Source: Gemmatimonadota bacterium (GTDB taxonomy: Bacteria; Gemmatimonadota; Gemmatimonadetes; Palauibacterales; Palauibacteraceae). From it: a DNA stretch of 64,000 bases. A program made the translations under genes and the position numbers. The stretch lies in contig OY762926.1 of assembly GCA_963666735.1 (NCBI GenBank), forward strand, positions 3,328,001 through 3,392,000. The letters are read 5' to 3'. Positions 29,651-38,965 of the stretch are shown here, one piece after another. A model generated the notes under the pieces. That model was not told the DNA's origin. It saw only the letters and a program-made list of their open reading frames with translations, and ran no database searches. The stretch's first letter is position 1. The number at the start of each line of letters is the position of its first letter.

Positions 29651-30706
29651 TCAGAAGAACGCGAACGCCTGCACCTTCCAGGACCAGTCCGACCGGCCGC
29701 CCGAGCTGTAGAAGTCCACGTTCGTGGAGATTCCGTTTCGACCCGTGAAGTACACCATGACGCCGGGCGTGATCACCGTACCGGTGACCTTTTCCGGGTT
29801 CTCCGCGCCGGAATCGACCCAGCTTACCCGTAGCATCGGCTCGATCCCCGAGAACCCGGATTCGGGCGCCGTGGGCAGATACCAGAAGGCCATGAGCTGG
29901 AAGGCGGAGAACTTCGCGTCGTCGTTCAGCTTCCAGTTGCGGCCCTGCAGGATGTTGGCGATCAGGTGGGGACCGCCGAGCCACGTGCCGAGTTCCACCT
30001 CGGCCCCGATGGCCGGTACGCCCATCGTCTCCCCCTGGCTGTTCAGCGTCTCGTCCAGGGCGAAGTAGGCGGACACCCGCGTATCACCCGCCGGGAAGAG
30101 AGAGAGCTGGCCCGAGGCCGACTTCCCGGTGTTCACGTCCTTGTTCCCGATCCCCTCGCCGTTGGTGAGCGTGAAGCGGTAGCCGAAGCGCTCGCTTACG
30201 CGCCCCTGCGCGAGGATGCCCGGTTCGTAGTTGTCCAGGCCCAGCGAGCCGGTGAGACGGCCGAAGGTACAAACGCTGCCGACGCCGGGGCAGTGGTCCA
30301 CGCCCGTGACCCTGGCGTCCCGTTCGATGATCGGGAGCCAGGAGTTGGGCACGAGCCAGAAATACGACATCCCCTTCTTGAACTGCCCCAGCTGGATCTC
30401 CAGTGCCTCGCTCGGCGTGAGTTCCAGGTAGGCTTCGAGAACCGAGGCGCCGTCGATGTTGAACTGGGCCCGGGCCCCGACGAGATCGTTGAGCCTCCCG
30501 TCGATCGTCACCCACGCGCGGCGGATGAAGAAGGACGAAGGCGTCTCGTCAACGCTCGAAGCCTCGTACTGGGCCTGGATTCGGGCGCCCACCGTGACGG
30601 TGGAGCCGCCACGCGCCCGGATTTCCTGGCCATGGAGGGGGTGGACCGCGGAGAGCGCCAGCCCCAGCCCGAATGCGGCGACCACTCCAATGGAGCGTTT
30701 CCACAT
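29651..30706 (-). CDS. Outer-membrane porin (OprO/OprP-like)
   Basis: Signal peptide, FFIRRAWV, EAY, LGQFK, IER, NGEG; alternating beta-strands; C-terminal Phe. Confidence 0.75.
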   Translation of the reverse strand: MWKRSIGVVAAFGLGLALSAVHPLHGQEIRARGGSTVTVGARIQAQYEASSVDETPSSFFIRRAWVTIDGRLNDLVGARAQFNIDGASVLEAYLELTPSEALEIQLGQFKKGMSYFWLVPNSWLPIIERDARVTGVDHCPGVGSVCTFGRLTGSLGLDNYEPGILAQGRVSERFGYRFTLTNGEGIGNKDVNTGKSASGQLSLFPAGDTRVSAYFALDETLNSQGETMGVPAIGAEVELGTWLGGPHLIANILQGRNWKLNDDAKFSAFQLMAFWYLPTAPESGFSGIEPMLRVSWVDSGAENPEKVTGTVITPGVMVYFTGRNGISTNVDFYSSGGRSDWSWKVQAFAFF

Positions 30707-30822
30707 GATGATATGCCCTCTCGTCGAAGATTCCGGTACAGCCGGGTCACTCCCGAAGATAATCGGCCGCCGCCGTTCGGCTACCGGCCCGCCGATAACC
30801 GTTGCGCGATGCCGGGAAGCGA

Positions 30823-30840
30823 TGCAACCTGTTGCAACCT
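30823..30840. promoter_or_regulatory. Candidate operator between the divergent porin and amt genes
   Basis: TGCAAC-CT-GTTGCA palindrome, also a TGCAACCT direct repeat with 10-bp period. Confidence 0.35.
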
Positions 30841-30899
30841 AAAACAAGAGTCGCGCAGGGGCATGACCGAGCTACAAACCTGCTGAAGGAGGAGCCGCC

Positions 30900-32309
30900 G
30901 TGAGCACCCATCAGGTACGCTGGCCCCGCCGGAGGGCGGCGGGAAGGAACCTCGCAACCACCGCGCTGCTCTGCGGCGCGGGCCTTCTTGTGGCTCCGGC
31001 GGTCCTCGCCGCGCAGGACGGTGGCGGCGATCTCGGGTTCGTTCTCAACACGTATTCGTTCCTCGTCTGGGGCGTGCTCGTGATGTGGATGTGCGCGGGC
31101 TTCACGATGCTCGAAGCCGGATCCGTAAGATCCAAGAGCGCGTCGATGATCTGCATGAAGAACATTGGACTGTACGCCATCGCGGGTCTCACGTACTACA
31201 TCATCGGCTACAACCTCATGTATGTCGACGTCGGGAGCGTGATCGGGTCGATCAGCCTCCTCTACGGTCCGTCCGCCGACGAAGTCGCGCTTCTCGGGGG
31301 GAACGAGGGCGCGGCCGGCGCCGTGGCCGAGAACGGCTACTCCGTGATGTCGGACTGGTTCTTCCAGATGGTCTTCGTGGCCACGACCGCCTCCATCGTC
31401 TCCGGAGCGCTGGCGGAGCGGGTCAAGCTGTGGACCTTCTTCGTCTTCGTGGCCGTGCTCACCGCGGTCATCTATCCCGTCGTCGGCGCATGGACGTGGG
31501 GCGGCGGCTGGCTCGGGCAGATGGGCTTCACGGACTTCGCCGGCTCGACGATCGTGCACTCGACCGGCGGCTGGGCGGCGCTCGCCGGCGCGCTCGTCGT
31601 GGGTCCGCGCTGGGGAAAATACCGCAAGGACGGCTCCGTCAAGCTGACCCCTCCGTCGAACATCCCGGCCGTCACGCTGGGGGTGTTCATCCTCTGGATG
31701 GGCTGGTTCGGCTTCAACGGCGGCTCCGAACTCGCCCTCTCCGGCGTCGTCAACGCGGTTTCGATGAGCAACATCCTCGTGAACACGAACCTCGCCGCCG
31801 CGGCCGGCGTTATCACGGCGCTCTGCCTGTCCCGGCCCCTGCTCGGCCGGGTCGACCTCTTCGCCACGCTCAACGGGGCGATCTCCGGCATGGTGGCGAT
31901 CACGGCGGGACCCAACATCACCAACTCGCTGTGGGCGATCCTGATCGGCGCCATCGGCTCCGTCCTGTGCATGCTCGGACTGAAGCTGCTGGAAGTGCGC
32001 CGGATCGACGACGTGGTCGGGGCCGTGCCCGCACACCTGTTCGCCGGAATCTGGGGCACGCTCGCCACCTGCATCGCGGCCGGCGGAAGTTTCTGGGTGC
32101 AGTTGACCGGCGTGGTGGCCGTTGGCGCGTTTGCCTTCTCCGCTTCCTGGATCCTCTGGATGGTGCTGGACAGGGCGATGGGCGTTCGCGTGTCGCGGAC
32201 TGTCGAGAGCCTCGGCCAGGATGCGGCGGAACTCGGGCTCGATGCCTATCCCGAATTCGTCCTCATGGTGGATCCCGACGAAGACAACGACTTCCGCGAC
32301 GCGGACTGA
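30900..32309 (+). CDS. amtB: Ammonium transporter (Amt family)
   Basis: GFTMLEAG, FFQMVF, WTWGGGWL, DFAGSTIVH, GWFGFNGGS, IDDVVGAVPAH; twin His and Phe gate present; AAGGAGGAG RBS. Confidence 0.95.
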   Translation: MSTHQVRWPRRRAAGRNLATTALLCGAGLLVAPAVLAAQDGGGDLGFVLNTYSFLVWGVLVMWMCAGFTMLEAGSVRSKSASMICMKNIGLYAIAGLTYYIIGYNLMYVDVGSVIGSISLLYGPSADEVALLGGNEGAAGAVAENGYSVMSDWFFQMVFVATTASIVSGALAERVKLWTFFVFVAVLTAVIYPVVGAWTWGGGWLGQMGFTDFAGSTIVHSTGGWAALAGALVVGPRWGKYRKDGSVKLTPPSNIPAVTLGVFILWMGWFGFNGGSELALSGVVNAVSMSNILVNTNLAAAAGVITALCLSRPLLGRVDLFATLNGAISGMVAITAGPNITNSLWAILIGAIGSVLCMLGLKLLEVRRIDDVVGAVPAHLFAGIWGTLATCIAAGGSFWVQLTGVVAVGAFAFSASWILWMVLDRAMGVRVSRTVESLGQDAAELGLDAYPEFVLMVDPDEDNDFRDAD

Positions 32310-32333
32310 GCGTCCGCCGACGAGAACCGCGCA

Positions 32334-33833
32334 ATGTCGGCGGTGAAGTTCGTCGATCACGGCTATGCCGACCCGGACCCCGCCATCTCCGCGGGGTCCG
32401 GGCCTTTCCGCCACTACGAGCTGGATGCCGCGTTTCACGACGAGCTGTTTCACGAGGACGGTACCCCGAGGGCGCGGGCGCGCCGGCTCGGGGCCGCCCT
32501 CTCCAGGATCCCCCCCGAAGATCTCGAGCGCCTTCAGGACGGTGTGTACCGCCGTTTCGTCCATGAGGGGATCACGTTCACGGTCCTCGGCGTCGAGGAT
32601 GTCTCGGAGCAGATCATCCCCATCGACTGCGTGCCGCGCCTCATCACCGCCGAGGAGTGGGACCACATCGAGCGGGGGCTGAAGCAGCGCCTCACGGCCC
32701 TCAATCTGTTCCTGCACGATGTCTACCACGATGGGAAGTCGCTGCGGGATGGCATCGTCCCGGCCGACCTCGTGCTCGGCTGCCCCCAGTACCGTATCGA
32801 GATGCGGGGGATGAAGGTGCCGCACGACGTCTACGTCGCCGTGTGCGGGACGGACATCGTGCGCGCGGGAGACACCTTCGCGGTGCTGGAGGACAATCTC
32901 CGGGTCCCGTCCGGCGTTTCCTACATGCTCGCCTGCCGCACGGCGATGAAGTGGGCCTTCCCCTATCTGTACCGGGCGTACGGGGTCCGCGAGGTGGCCG
33001 ATTACCCGGAGCACCTCTATTCGACGATCGCGTCGCTCTCGCCGGCCGCGGAGACGCCCCGCATGGCGGTGCTGACGCCGGGCCGGTACAACTCCGCCTA
33101 CTACGAGCACGCGTTTCTGGCCGGCGAGATGGGCGTCGATCTGGTGGAGGGACGGGATCTCGTCGTGCACGACGCGACGCTGTACGCCCGCACGGCCGCG
33201 GGTCTGCGGCGGATTGACGTGCTCTACCGGCGGATCGATGACGATTTTCTGGATCCGGTCGCCTTCCGGGAAGACTCGGTACTCGGGGCCGCCGGCCTCT
33301 TCCACGCCTACCGCGCCGGCAACCTGGTGCTCGCCAACGCGCCGGGCACGGGCGTGGCGGACGACAAGGGGCTGTACGCGTACGTTCCGCGCATCATCCG
33401 CTACTTTCTGGATGAAGAGCCGATTCTGGCCAACGTGGAAACCCACCTCTGCCGAGAGCCGGACGGCCTCGCCTACACGCTCGACAACCTCGATCAACTC
33501 GTCGTCAAGGAGGTCGGGGGTTCGGGCGGCTACGGGATGCTCGTGGGCCCGCATGCGACGAAGGCGGAGCGGAAGACCTTCGCGGAGCAACTGCGGAGCG
33601 ACCCGGCGAACTACATCTCGCAGCCGGTGTTGCCCCTCTCCCGGGCGGGCTGCTTCGTGGACGGACGCCTGGAGCCCCGCCACGTGGACCTGCGCCCCTT
33701 CGTCCTCCAGGGGAGGGAAACGCAGCACGTGGTTCCCGGGGGCCTGTGCCGGGTCGCCCTGCGCAAGGGAAGCCTCGTCGTGAACTCCAGCCAGGGCGGG
33801 GGCTGCAAGGACCTGTGGATCCTGCGTGAGTAG
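32334..33833 (+). CDS. Circularly permuted type 2 ATP-grasp protein
   Basis: EGITF, VLEDNLRVPSGVSYML, LTPGRYNSAYYEH, YRRIDDDFLDP, NAPGTGVADDK, GSGGYGML, RHVDLRPF, VVNSSQGGG.KD.W. Confidence 0.93.
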   Translation: MSAVKFVDHGYADPDPAISAGSGPFRHYELDAAFHDELFHEDGTPRARARRLGAALSRIPPEDLERLQDGVYRRFVHEGITFTVLGVEDVSEQIIPIDCVPRLITAEEWDHIERGLKQRLTALNLFLHDVYHDGKSLRDGIVPADLVLGCPQYRIEMRGMKVPHDVYVAVCGTDIVRAGDTFAVLEDNLRVPSGVSYMLACRTAMKWAFPYLYRAYGVREVADYPEHLYSTIASLSPAAETPRMAVLTPGRYNSAYYEHAFLAGEMGVDLVEGRDLVVHDATLYARTAAGLRRIDVLYRRIDDDFLDPVAFREDSVLGAAGLFHAYRAGNLVLANAPGTGVADDKGLYAYVPRIIRYFLDEEPILANVETHLCREPDGLAYTLDNLDQLVVKEVGGSGGYGMLVGPHATKAERKTFAEQLRSDPANYISQPVLPLSRAGCFVDGRLEPRHVDLRPFVLQGRETQHVVPGGLCRVALRKGSLVVNSSQGGGCKDLWILRE

Positions 33834-33857
33834 CGGCCGGGAGGGAGGCGATGCACG

Positions 33858-34874
33858 ATGCTAGCTCGGATGGCGGCGAACTTCTACTGGCTTGGCCGCT
33901 ATGCGGAACGGACCGAGAACACGGCCCGGCTGATCGAGTATCAGTTGACCCGGCTCGTCGATGCGGGCGCCGACGAACTCGCCCTCGGGTGGCGCGTCGT
34001 GTACCGCGCGCTGAGTCAGCCCCCTCCCCAGGCGCCGGCCGACGTGGACGAAGCCGAAGCCTTTCTCATAGCGGATGCCTACACGCTGACCGGCGGCCTC
34101 GTCGAAGACTCGACGAATCCGGCGTCGATGGTCTCGTGTTGGAGGATGGCGCGGGAGAACGCCAGGGAGATCAGGCCCCGGCTGCCCCTGCGCGTGTGGG
34201 TGTGCCTGAACCAGGGTTTCCTCTGGCTTCGGGAGACGGAGTTCGCCGACGAGTGGGGCGAGGGCCCCGCGGCTCTGGTGAGCCGGGCGATCGACCGGCT
34301 CCGCCTCCTCGCCGGAGTCGTGGACGCCGGCATGGCGCGCGACGATGCGTGGCGGTTTCTGGAACTCGGCCGTTACATGGAGCGGCTGCAGCAGCAGATC
34401 GTGCTGCTCGAGGTGTGGGACCGGATCGCGCGGCCGGAGGGTGACGGCCCGGTTCTCTCCTGGGCCGATCTGCTGCGCGTGTGCGGCGCCTTCGAACCCT
34501 ACCGCCGGGACCGGTCGCTCACGTTGCGCCGCGGTTCGGTGCTCGGCTTTCTGATGCGGAACCCCGAGGTTTCCCGTTCCCTGCACTTCGTGACCGGCCG
34601 CATCGAGGCTGCGCTGCGCGGGATCGACGCGGCAGGCGCGCGTCCCCCGCTCGCCGCGCCGCACCGCTTGGTGCTTCGCATGGCGGCGGCCCTCGAACTC
34701 GCCCCGGGTGACGCGGATGCCCCCCCCGATGATGCGGATGCCCCACGCGGGGAACCCGATGACGCCGCGTCCGGGGAGATCTTCGGATCCCTGGCACGCG
34801 ACAGCCGGACCCTGCACGACCTCGTCCAGGCCACCTACGTCGACTACCCGGTGGTCGCGGGGCTCCCATCATGA
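33858..34874 (+). CDS. Alpha-E domain protein
   Basis: MLARMAANFYWLGRYAERTENTAR, ARENAR, LGRYMER, RSL.F. Confidence 0.9.
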   Translation: MLARMAANFYWLGRYAERTENTARLIEYQLTRLVDAGADELALGWRVVYRALSQPPPQAPADVDEAEAFLIADAYTLTGGLVEDSTNPASMVSCWRMARENAREIRPRLPLRVWVCLNQGFLWLRETEFADEWGEGPAALVSRAIDRLRLLAGVVDAGMARDDAWRFLELGRYMERLQQQIVLLEVWDRIARPEGDGPVLSWADLLRVCGAFEPYRRDRSLTLRRGSVLGFLMRNPEVSRSLHFVTGRIEAALRGIDAAGARPPLAAPHRLVLRMAAALELAPGDADAPPDDADAPRGEPDDAASGEIFGSLARDSRTLHDLVQATYVDYPVVAGLPS

Positions 34875-35743
34875 TCGCGCGCTACAACATCGAACACGCG
34901 ATCGAGTTCGTCTACAGCGCGCCGGTGCAGGTGTCCGTCATGACGCTCTACCTGCACCCCGTGCAGGATCGAAGCCAGGTCGTGCGCGGGTTCGCGATCG
35001 AGACCGACCCGTCCGGCTCCGTGTTCGAATTCGAAGGACCCTTCCGCAACCGGGGCCACTTCTTCGATCGTCCCGGAGAGCACCGCCGTCTCTCGATTGT
35101 CGGACGTTCGACCGTGGAGGTGGGCCCGATACCGGAGACGCCCGCCGAGGTCGGGGACGGGGGATGGGTTCGGCTCGCCGCCGCGGCGAGCGCTCCCGAA
35201 CTTGGGCTGATGCTGCAGCCGAGCCGCTTCGTCCGCTCCTCGCCGCTCCTCGCCGATTTCATCGGGAGCTGCGGCCTCGAACGCGGGGACGATCCGCTGG
35301 CGACGGCCACGGCCCTGCGGAGCCGGCTCCACGAGTCGTTCGACTATGCGCCGGGTACGACGGCCGTGGATTCGCCGATCGAGCGCATCATCGAGAGCCG
35401 CGAGGGGGTGTGCCAGGACTACGCCCACGTCATGGCCGCGATCCTGCGGGGTTGGGGGATCCCGACCCGTTACGTGTCCGGTTATCTGGGTCCGGACGGC
35501 GGGAACGGCGCTGGCGTGACGACGGGCGAGAGCCACGCTTGGGTCGAGAGCTGGTTCCCCGGCCTGGGCTGGATCGGCTTCGATCCGACCAACGACTCGC
35601 AATGCGACGCGCGCCATGTGCGGGTCGCGGTAGGCCGCGATTATGCCGATGTTCCGCCCACTCGCGGCGTCTTCCGGGGTTCGGCGGAGTCCATGCTTCG
35701 CACCCGGGTCAACATTGAGAGAGGAGAAGAATCGTGTCCGTGA
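34871..35743 (+). CDS. Transglutaminase-like (papain-fold) protein
   Basis: GVCQDYAH, RYVSGY, SHAWVE, GFDPTN, GRDYADVPP: Cys-His-Asp triad intact. Confidence 0.92.
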   Translation: MIARYNIEHAIEFVYSAPVQVSVMTLYLHPVQDRSQVVRGFAIETDPSGSVFEFEGPFRNRGHFFDRPGEHRRLSIVGRSTVEVGPIPETPAEVGDGGWVRLAAAASAPELGLMLQPSRFVRSSPLLADFIGSCGLERGDDPLATATALRSRLHESFDYAPGTTAVDSPIERIIESREGVCQDYAHVMAAILRGWGIPTRYVSGYLGPDGGNGAGVTTGESHAWVESWFPGLGWIGFDPTNDSQCDARHVRVAVGRDYADVPPTRGVFRGSAESMLRTRVNIERGEESCP

Positions 35744-36456
35744 TCCGTGTTGAATCGTCTCGGTTCCAGGGCTTCCGGCTCGCTGTTGCGGTCGCCGTCC
35801 TCTGCGCCTTCGCCGCCCCTTTGCGGGGCCAATCCGCCTCGATCGGCGCCGATGTCGTGAGCCGCTATGTCTGGCGCGGCGTCGACTTCGGCGAATCCAT
35901 GGCCGTGCAGCCGGCCATCACGTTCGGGGCCGGAGGGCTCGAGTTCGGCGCGTGGGGTTCCTACTCCCTCACCCAATCGGGCGCCTCCGCCAACGAGAAC
36001 GATCTGTGGGCGACCTACACGGTGACGGCCGCATCGGGCCTCTCCGTCGCGGTCGGAATCACCGACTACTACTTCCCCTCGCCCGGCGCGGACGCGGGCT
36101 TCGGGGCCGGTGCGGCGCACACGCTGGAGATGTCGCTCGCCTTCTCGGGCCCGGAGACGTTCCCGATCTCCCTCTTCGGAGGACTGCTCACGGAGAGCAG
36201 CGTGTTCTACGGGGAGGTGGGCGTGCCCTTCGCGATTACCGGGGCGGATGTCGGGCTGCAGCTGCACATGGGTTTCGTGGGCGGCGAGAGCGACTTTTAC
36301 GGCACCGGCGGAGCGGCCCTGGTCAATCTGGGGGTCACGGCGAGCAAGGACCTTGCGATCACCGAAACCTTCGCCGTGCCGGTGAGCGTCGCCTACATCC
36401 TGAACCCCGACCAGGATCGCGCGCACCTCGTGTTCGGCTTCAGCATCGCGCCCTGA
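35734..36456 (+). CDS. TorF/Gcw_chp-like putative porin
   Basis: Signal peptide, ADVVSRYVWRG, VQP, GAWGS, ENDL, TDYYFP; beta-barrel pattern. Confidence 0.72.
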   Translation: MSVIRVESSRFQGFRLAVAVAVLCAFAAPLRGQSASIGADVVSRYVWRGVDFGESMAVQPAITFGAGGLEFGAWGSYSLTQSGASANENDLWATYTVTAASGLSVAVGITDYYFPSPGADAGFGAGAAHTLEMSLAFSGPETFPISLFGGLLTESSVFYGEVGVPFAITGADVGLQLHMGFVGGESDFYGTGGAALVNLGVTASKDLAITETFAVPVSVAYILNPDQDRAHLVFGFSIAP

Positions 36457-36463
36457 GCCGGCG

Positions 36464-38902
36464 ATGACGCGCAGGGGAGTACCGCGTGTGACGAAATGGA
36501 TGCGGGCCGCGCCGCTCCTGCTCCTCTCCGCCTGTTCCCTGGCTCCGGGGCCGTCGCTTCCGGAGCCGGTGGCGGAGATGCCGGACGATTTCTCGGCCAG
36601 GCTGCCGCCGGGGACGTACGAGCCGCTGGAGTGGTGGACGACGTTCCGCGATCCGGTGCTCAACGCCGTGGTCGATTCGGTACTCGCCTCGAACTTCGAC
36701 CTCGCCGCGGGCCTTGCGCGCGTGCGGCAGGCGCGCGCGAGGGCGCGCATGGCGCGGGCCGATCTCTTCCCCGGCGTGGGTGTGAGCGCCGCGGTCAACG
36801 AGATCGACACGCCGACGGACGCCGGCATCGGCGCGCAGATCCAGGCCCTCGGGCTGGGCGGTCCGGGGGATACGATCGCGGGTTTCGCGCTTCCGGACAG
36901 AATCGACTTGACGACGTATTCGGTCAGCGCGGATTTTGCCTACGAGCTGGACTTCTGGGGACGCGCCCGTAACGACGCGCGGGCGGCGGGGTCGGAATAT
37001 CTGGCCTCGGAGTCGGATTTTCACGCGGCGCGCATCGGCATCCTGGCCGAGGCCATCGCCACGTATTTCGACATCGTGAGCCTGCGGCGGCAAACCGAAC
37101 TGGCCGGCAACACCGTGGATGTCCTGCTGGAACGCGAGTCGCTGGCCTCGACGCGCTACGACCGCGGCCTCATCGACTCCTGGACGCTGTCCCAGGTTCG
37201 CCAGGATCTCAGGAACACGCAGGCGGGGCTGCCGCAGCTCGAGACGCAGCTCACGAACGCCGAAGCCCGGCTGGCCGTTCTGATCGGAGGCTATCGGGAG
37301 GATGTGGAGGCGCTCCTGCCCGAGGCTCTCGCACCGGAGTTGGCGGCGGATCCCGTTCCCGCCGGGGTGCCGGCGGACCTTCTGTTCCAGCGGCCCGACG
37401 TGAGAGCCGCCGGGCAACGGGTCGACGCGGCCCGCTACGGCATCGGCGCCCGCCGTGCCCAGCTGCTTCCGTCGCTCTCGCTGTCCGGTTCCATCGGGCT
37501 GGCCAGCGCGGACGCCGGCGAACTCTTCAACGCACAGCAGTGGTTCACGAATCTGATCACGAACCTTACCGCGCCCATTTTCCAGGCCGGCCGGCTCCGG
37601 AACAACCTCGCGCTTGCCGAGGGCCGCTTCGGTGAGGCGGCGGCGGCGTACGGGCGGGCGGTGGTCACGGCGGTGAACGAGGTCGAAACGGCGCTCGCCG
37701 GTCTGGAGAACGAGGCCCGGCGGCACGCCTTCCTCGCCTCACAGCGCGAGGAAGCGCTGGCTACCAGGGACCTGCAGTCGCAGCGGTACGAATCGGGGAT
37801 CGCGGGCTACACCGATTATCTCGACGCGCTGCGCACGCTCCTGAACGTGGAGGCGGCGCTGGCGGGTGCGACGCGGGATCTGGCCCTGGCGAGGCTGGCG
37901 GTCCATCGCTCGCTGGGCGGGGCCTGGGCTCCGCCCGAGGCCGTCCCCGAGCCGCGCATGGTTCCGGCGTCCGGGAACGGCGAGAATCTCCTCGACCCGA
38001 ACTACCTCGGGACCTTCTCGATCATCGGGCGCGATCCCGCGACCGGCGAACTGGGGATGGGGGTGCAGTCGAAGGCGTTCGGGGCGGGAAACCGCGCCAT
38101 GCACGCGAAGGGCGGACTCGTGATCATCGCGCACCAGGCCGCCGCGAATCCCATGTACGGGGCGGTCGGCATCCAGCTCCTTCAGGCCGGCTACTCACCC
38201 GAGGAGGCCCTCGAGATGATGGTGGCGAGCGACGAGGGCCGGGATCGCCGCCAGGTTGCGATCCTCGACCGGCAGGGACGGACGGCTGCCTGGACCGGCG
38301 CCGGCGCGAGCGACTGGAAGGGTCACGGGTGCGGCGTGGACTACTGCGCGCAGGGGAACATCCTCACGGGCCCCGAGGTCGTCGATGCGATGGCGGCTTC
38401 GTTCGAATCGTCCACCGGCCCGCTGGCGGAACGGCTCATGGATGCGCTCGATGCCGCGCAGGCGGCAGGCGGCGACGCCCGCGGCATGCAGTCCGGCGCC
38501 ATCCTCGTCGTGGCTCCGCGCGTCAACGGCGGCTACAGCGACAGGGTCGTCGACATCCGGGTGGACGACCACGACGAACCGCTCGCCGAACTGCGCCGGG
38601 TCCTGAACATGTACCGTTCGGGCCAGATGCTGCGCGAAGCCTCGCGGATGAGGCGGGACGGCGATCTGCAGGGCGCCCTGGCGTTGGCGCGCGAAGCCTC
38701 GGCCAGGTCGCCGGAGAACGACAACGCGTGGGTGACGCTGGCCGCGCTCCTGCTCGACGGCGGACGCGAGGACGACGCCTTCGACGCGCTCGGGCGGGCG
38801 GTGGAACTCAATCCGGGCCGCCGGCGCACCCTGCCCGGAGCAGACGATTTCGCGCGCGTGCGCGGGGATCCGCGCTTCCTGAGGCTCATCGGCCGCCGCT
38901 AG
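36464..38902 (+). CDS. In-frame fusion: OprM/NodT-type outer-membrane efflux lipoprotein + DUF1028 (Ntn-hydrolase) domain + TPR
   Basis: LSAC lipobox, WWTTFRDPVL, YELDFWGR, PADLLFQRPDVRAA, RSLGGAW (about aa 1-490); then GTFSIIGRDPATGELGMGVQS, RRQVA, CAQGNIL, AGGDARG.QS, DIRVDDHDEP; then TPR helices. No stop codon between the domains. Confidence 0.85.
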   Translation: MTRRGVPRVTKWMRAAPLLLLSACSLAPGPSLPEPVAEMPDDFSARLPPGTYEPLEWWTTFRDPVLNAVVDSVLASNFDLAAGLARVRQARARARMARADLFPGVGVSAAVNEIDTPTDAGIGAQIQALGLGGPGDTIAGFALPDRIDLTTYSVSADFAYELDFWGRARNDARAAGSEYLASESDFHAARIGILAEAIATYFDIVSLRRQTELAGNTVDVLLERESLASTRYDRGLIDSWTLSQVRQDLRNTQAGLPQLETQLTNAEARLAVLIGGYREDVEALLPEALAPELAADPVPAGVPADLLFQRPDVRAAGQRVDAARYGIGARRAQLLPSLSLSGSIGLASADAGELFNAQQWFTNLITNLTAPIFQAGRLRNNLALAEGRFGEAAAAYGRAVVTAVNEVETALAGLENEARRHAFLASQREEALATRDLQSQRYESGIAGYTDYLDALRTLLNVEAALAGATRDLALARLAVHRSLGGAWAPPEAVPEPRMVPASGNGENLLDPNYLGTFSIIGRDPATGELGMGVQSKAFGAGNRAMHAKGGLVIIAHQAAANPMYGAVGIQLLQAGYSPEEALEMMVASDEGRDRRQVAILDRQGRTAAWTGAGASDWKGHGCGVDYCAQGNILTGPEVVDAMAASFESSTGPLAERLMDALDAAQAAGGDARGMQSGAILVVAPRVNGGYSDRVVDIRVDDHDEPLAELRRVLNMYRSGQMLREASRMRRDGDLQGALALAREASARSPENDNAWVTLAALLLDGGREDDAFDALGRAVELNPGRRRTLPGADDFARVRGDPRFLRLIGRR

Positions 38903-38965
38903 CGCTGGCGCTGCGCCAGCGGCGTAATCCGGCGGGGGCCTCCCTCGCTGGGGAGAGGCGCGACC

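Noticed and set aside
30747..33728. 993-aa minus-strand ORF
   Set aside because: Antisense to amtB and the ATP-grasp gene, which carry clear family motifs.
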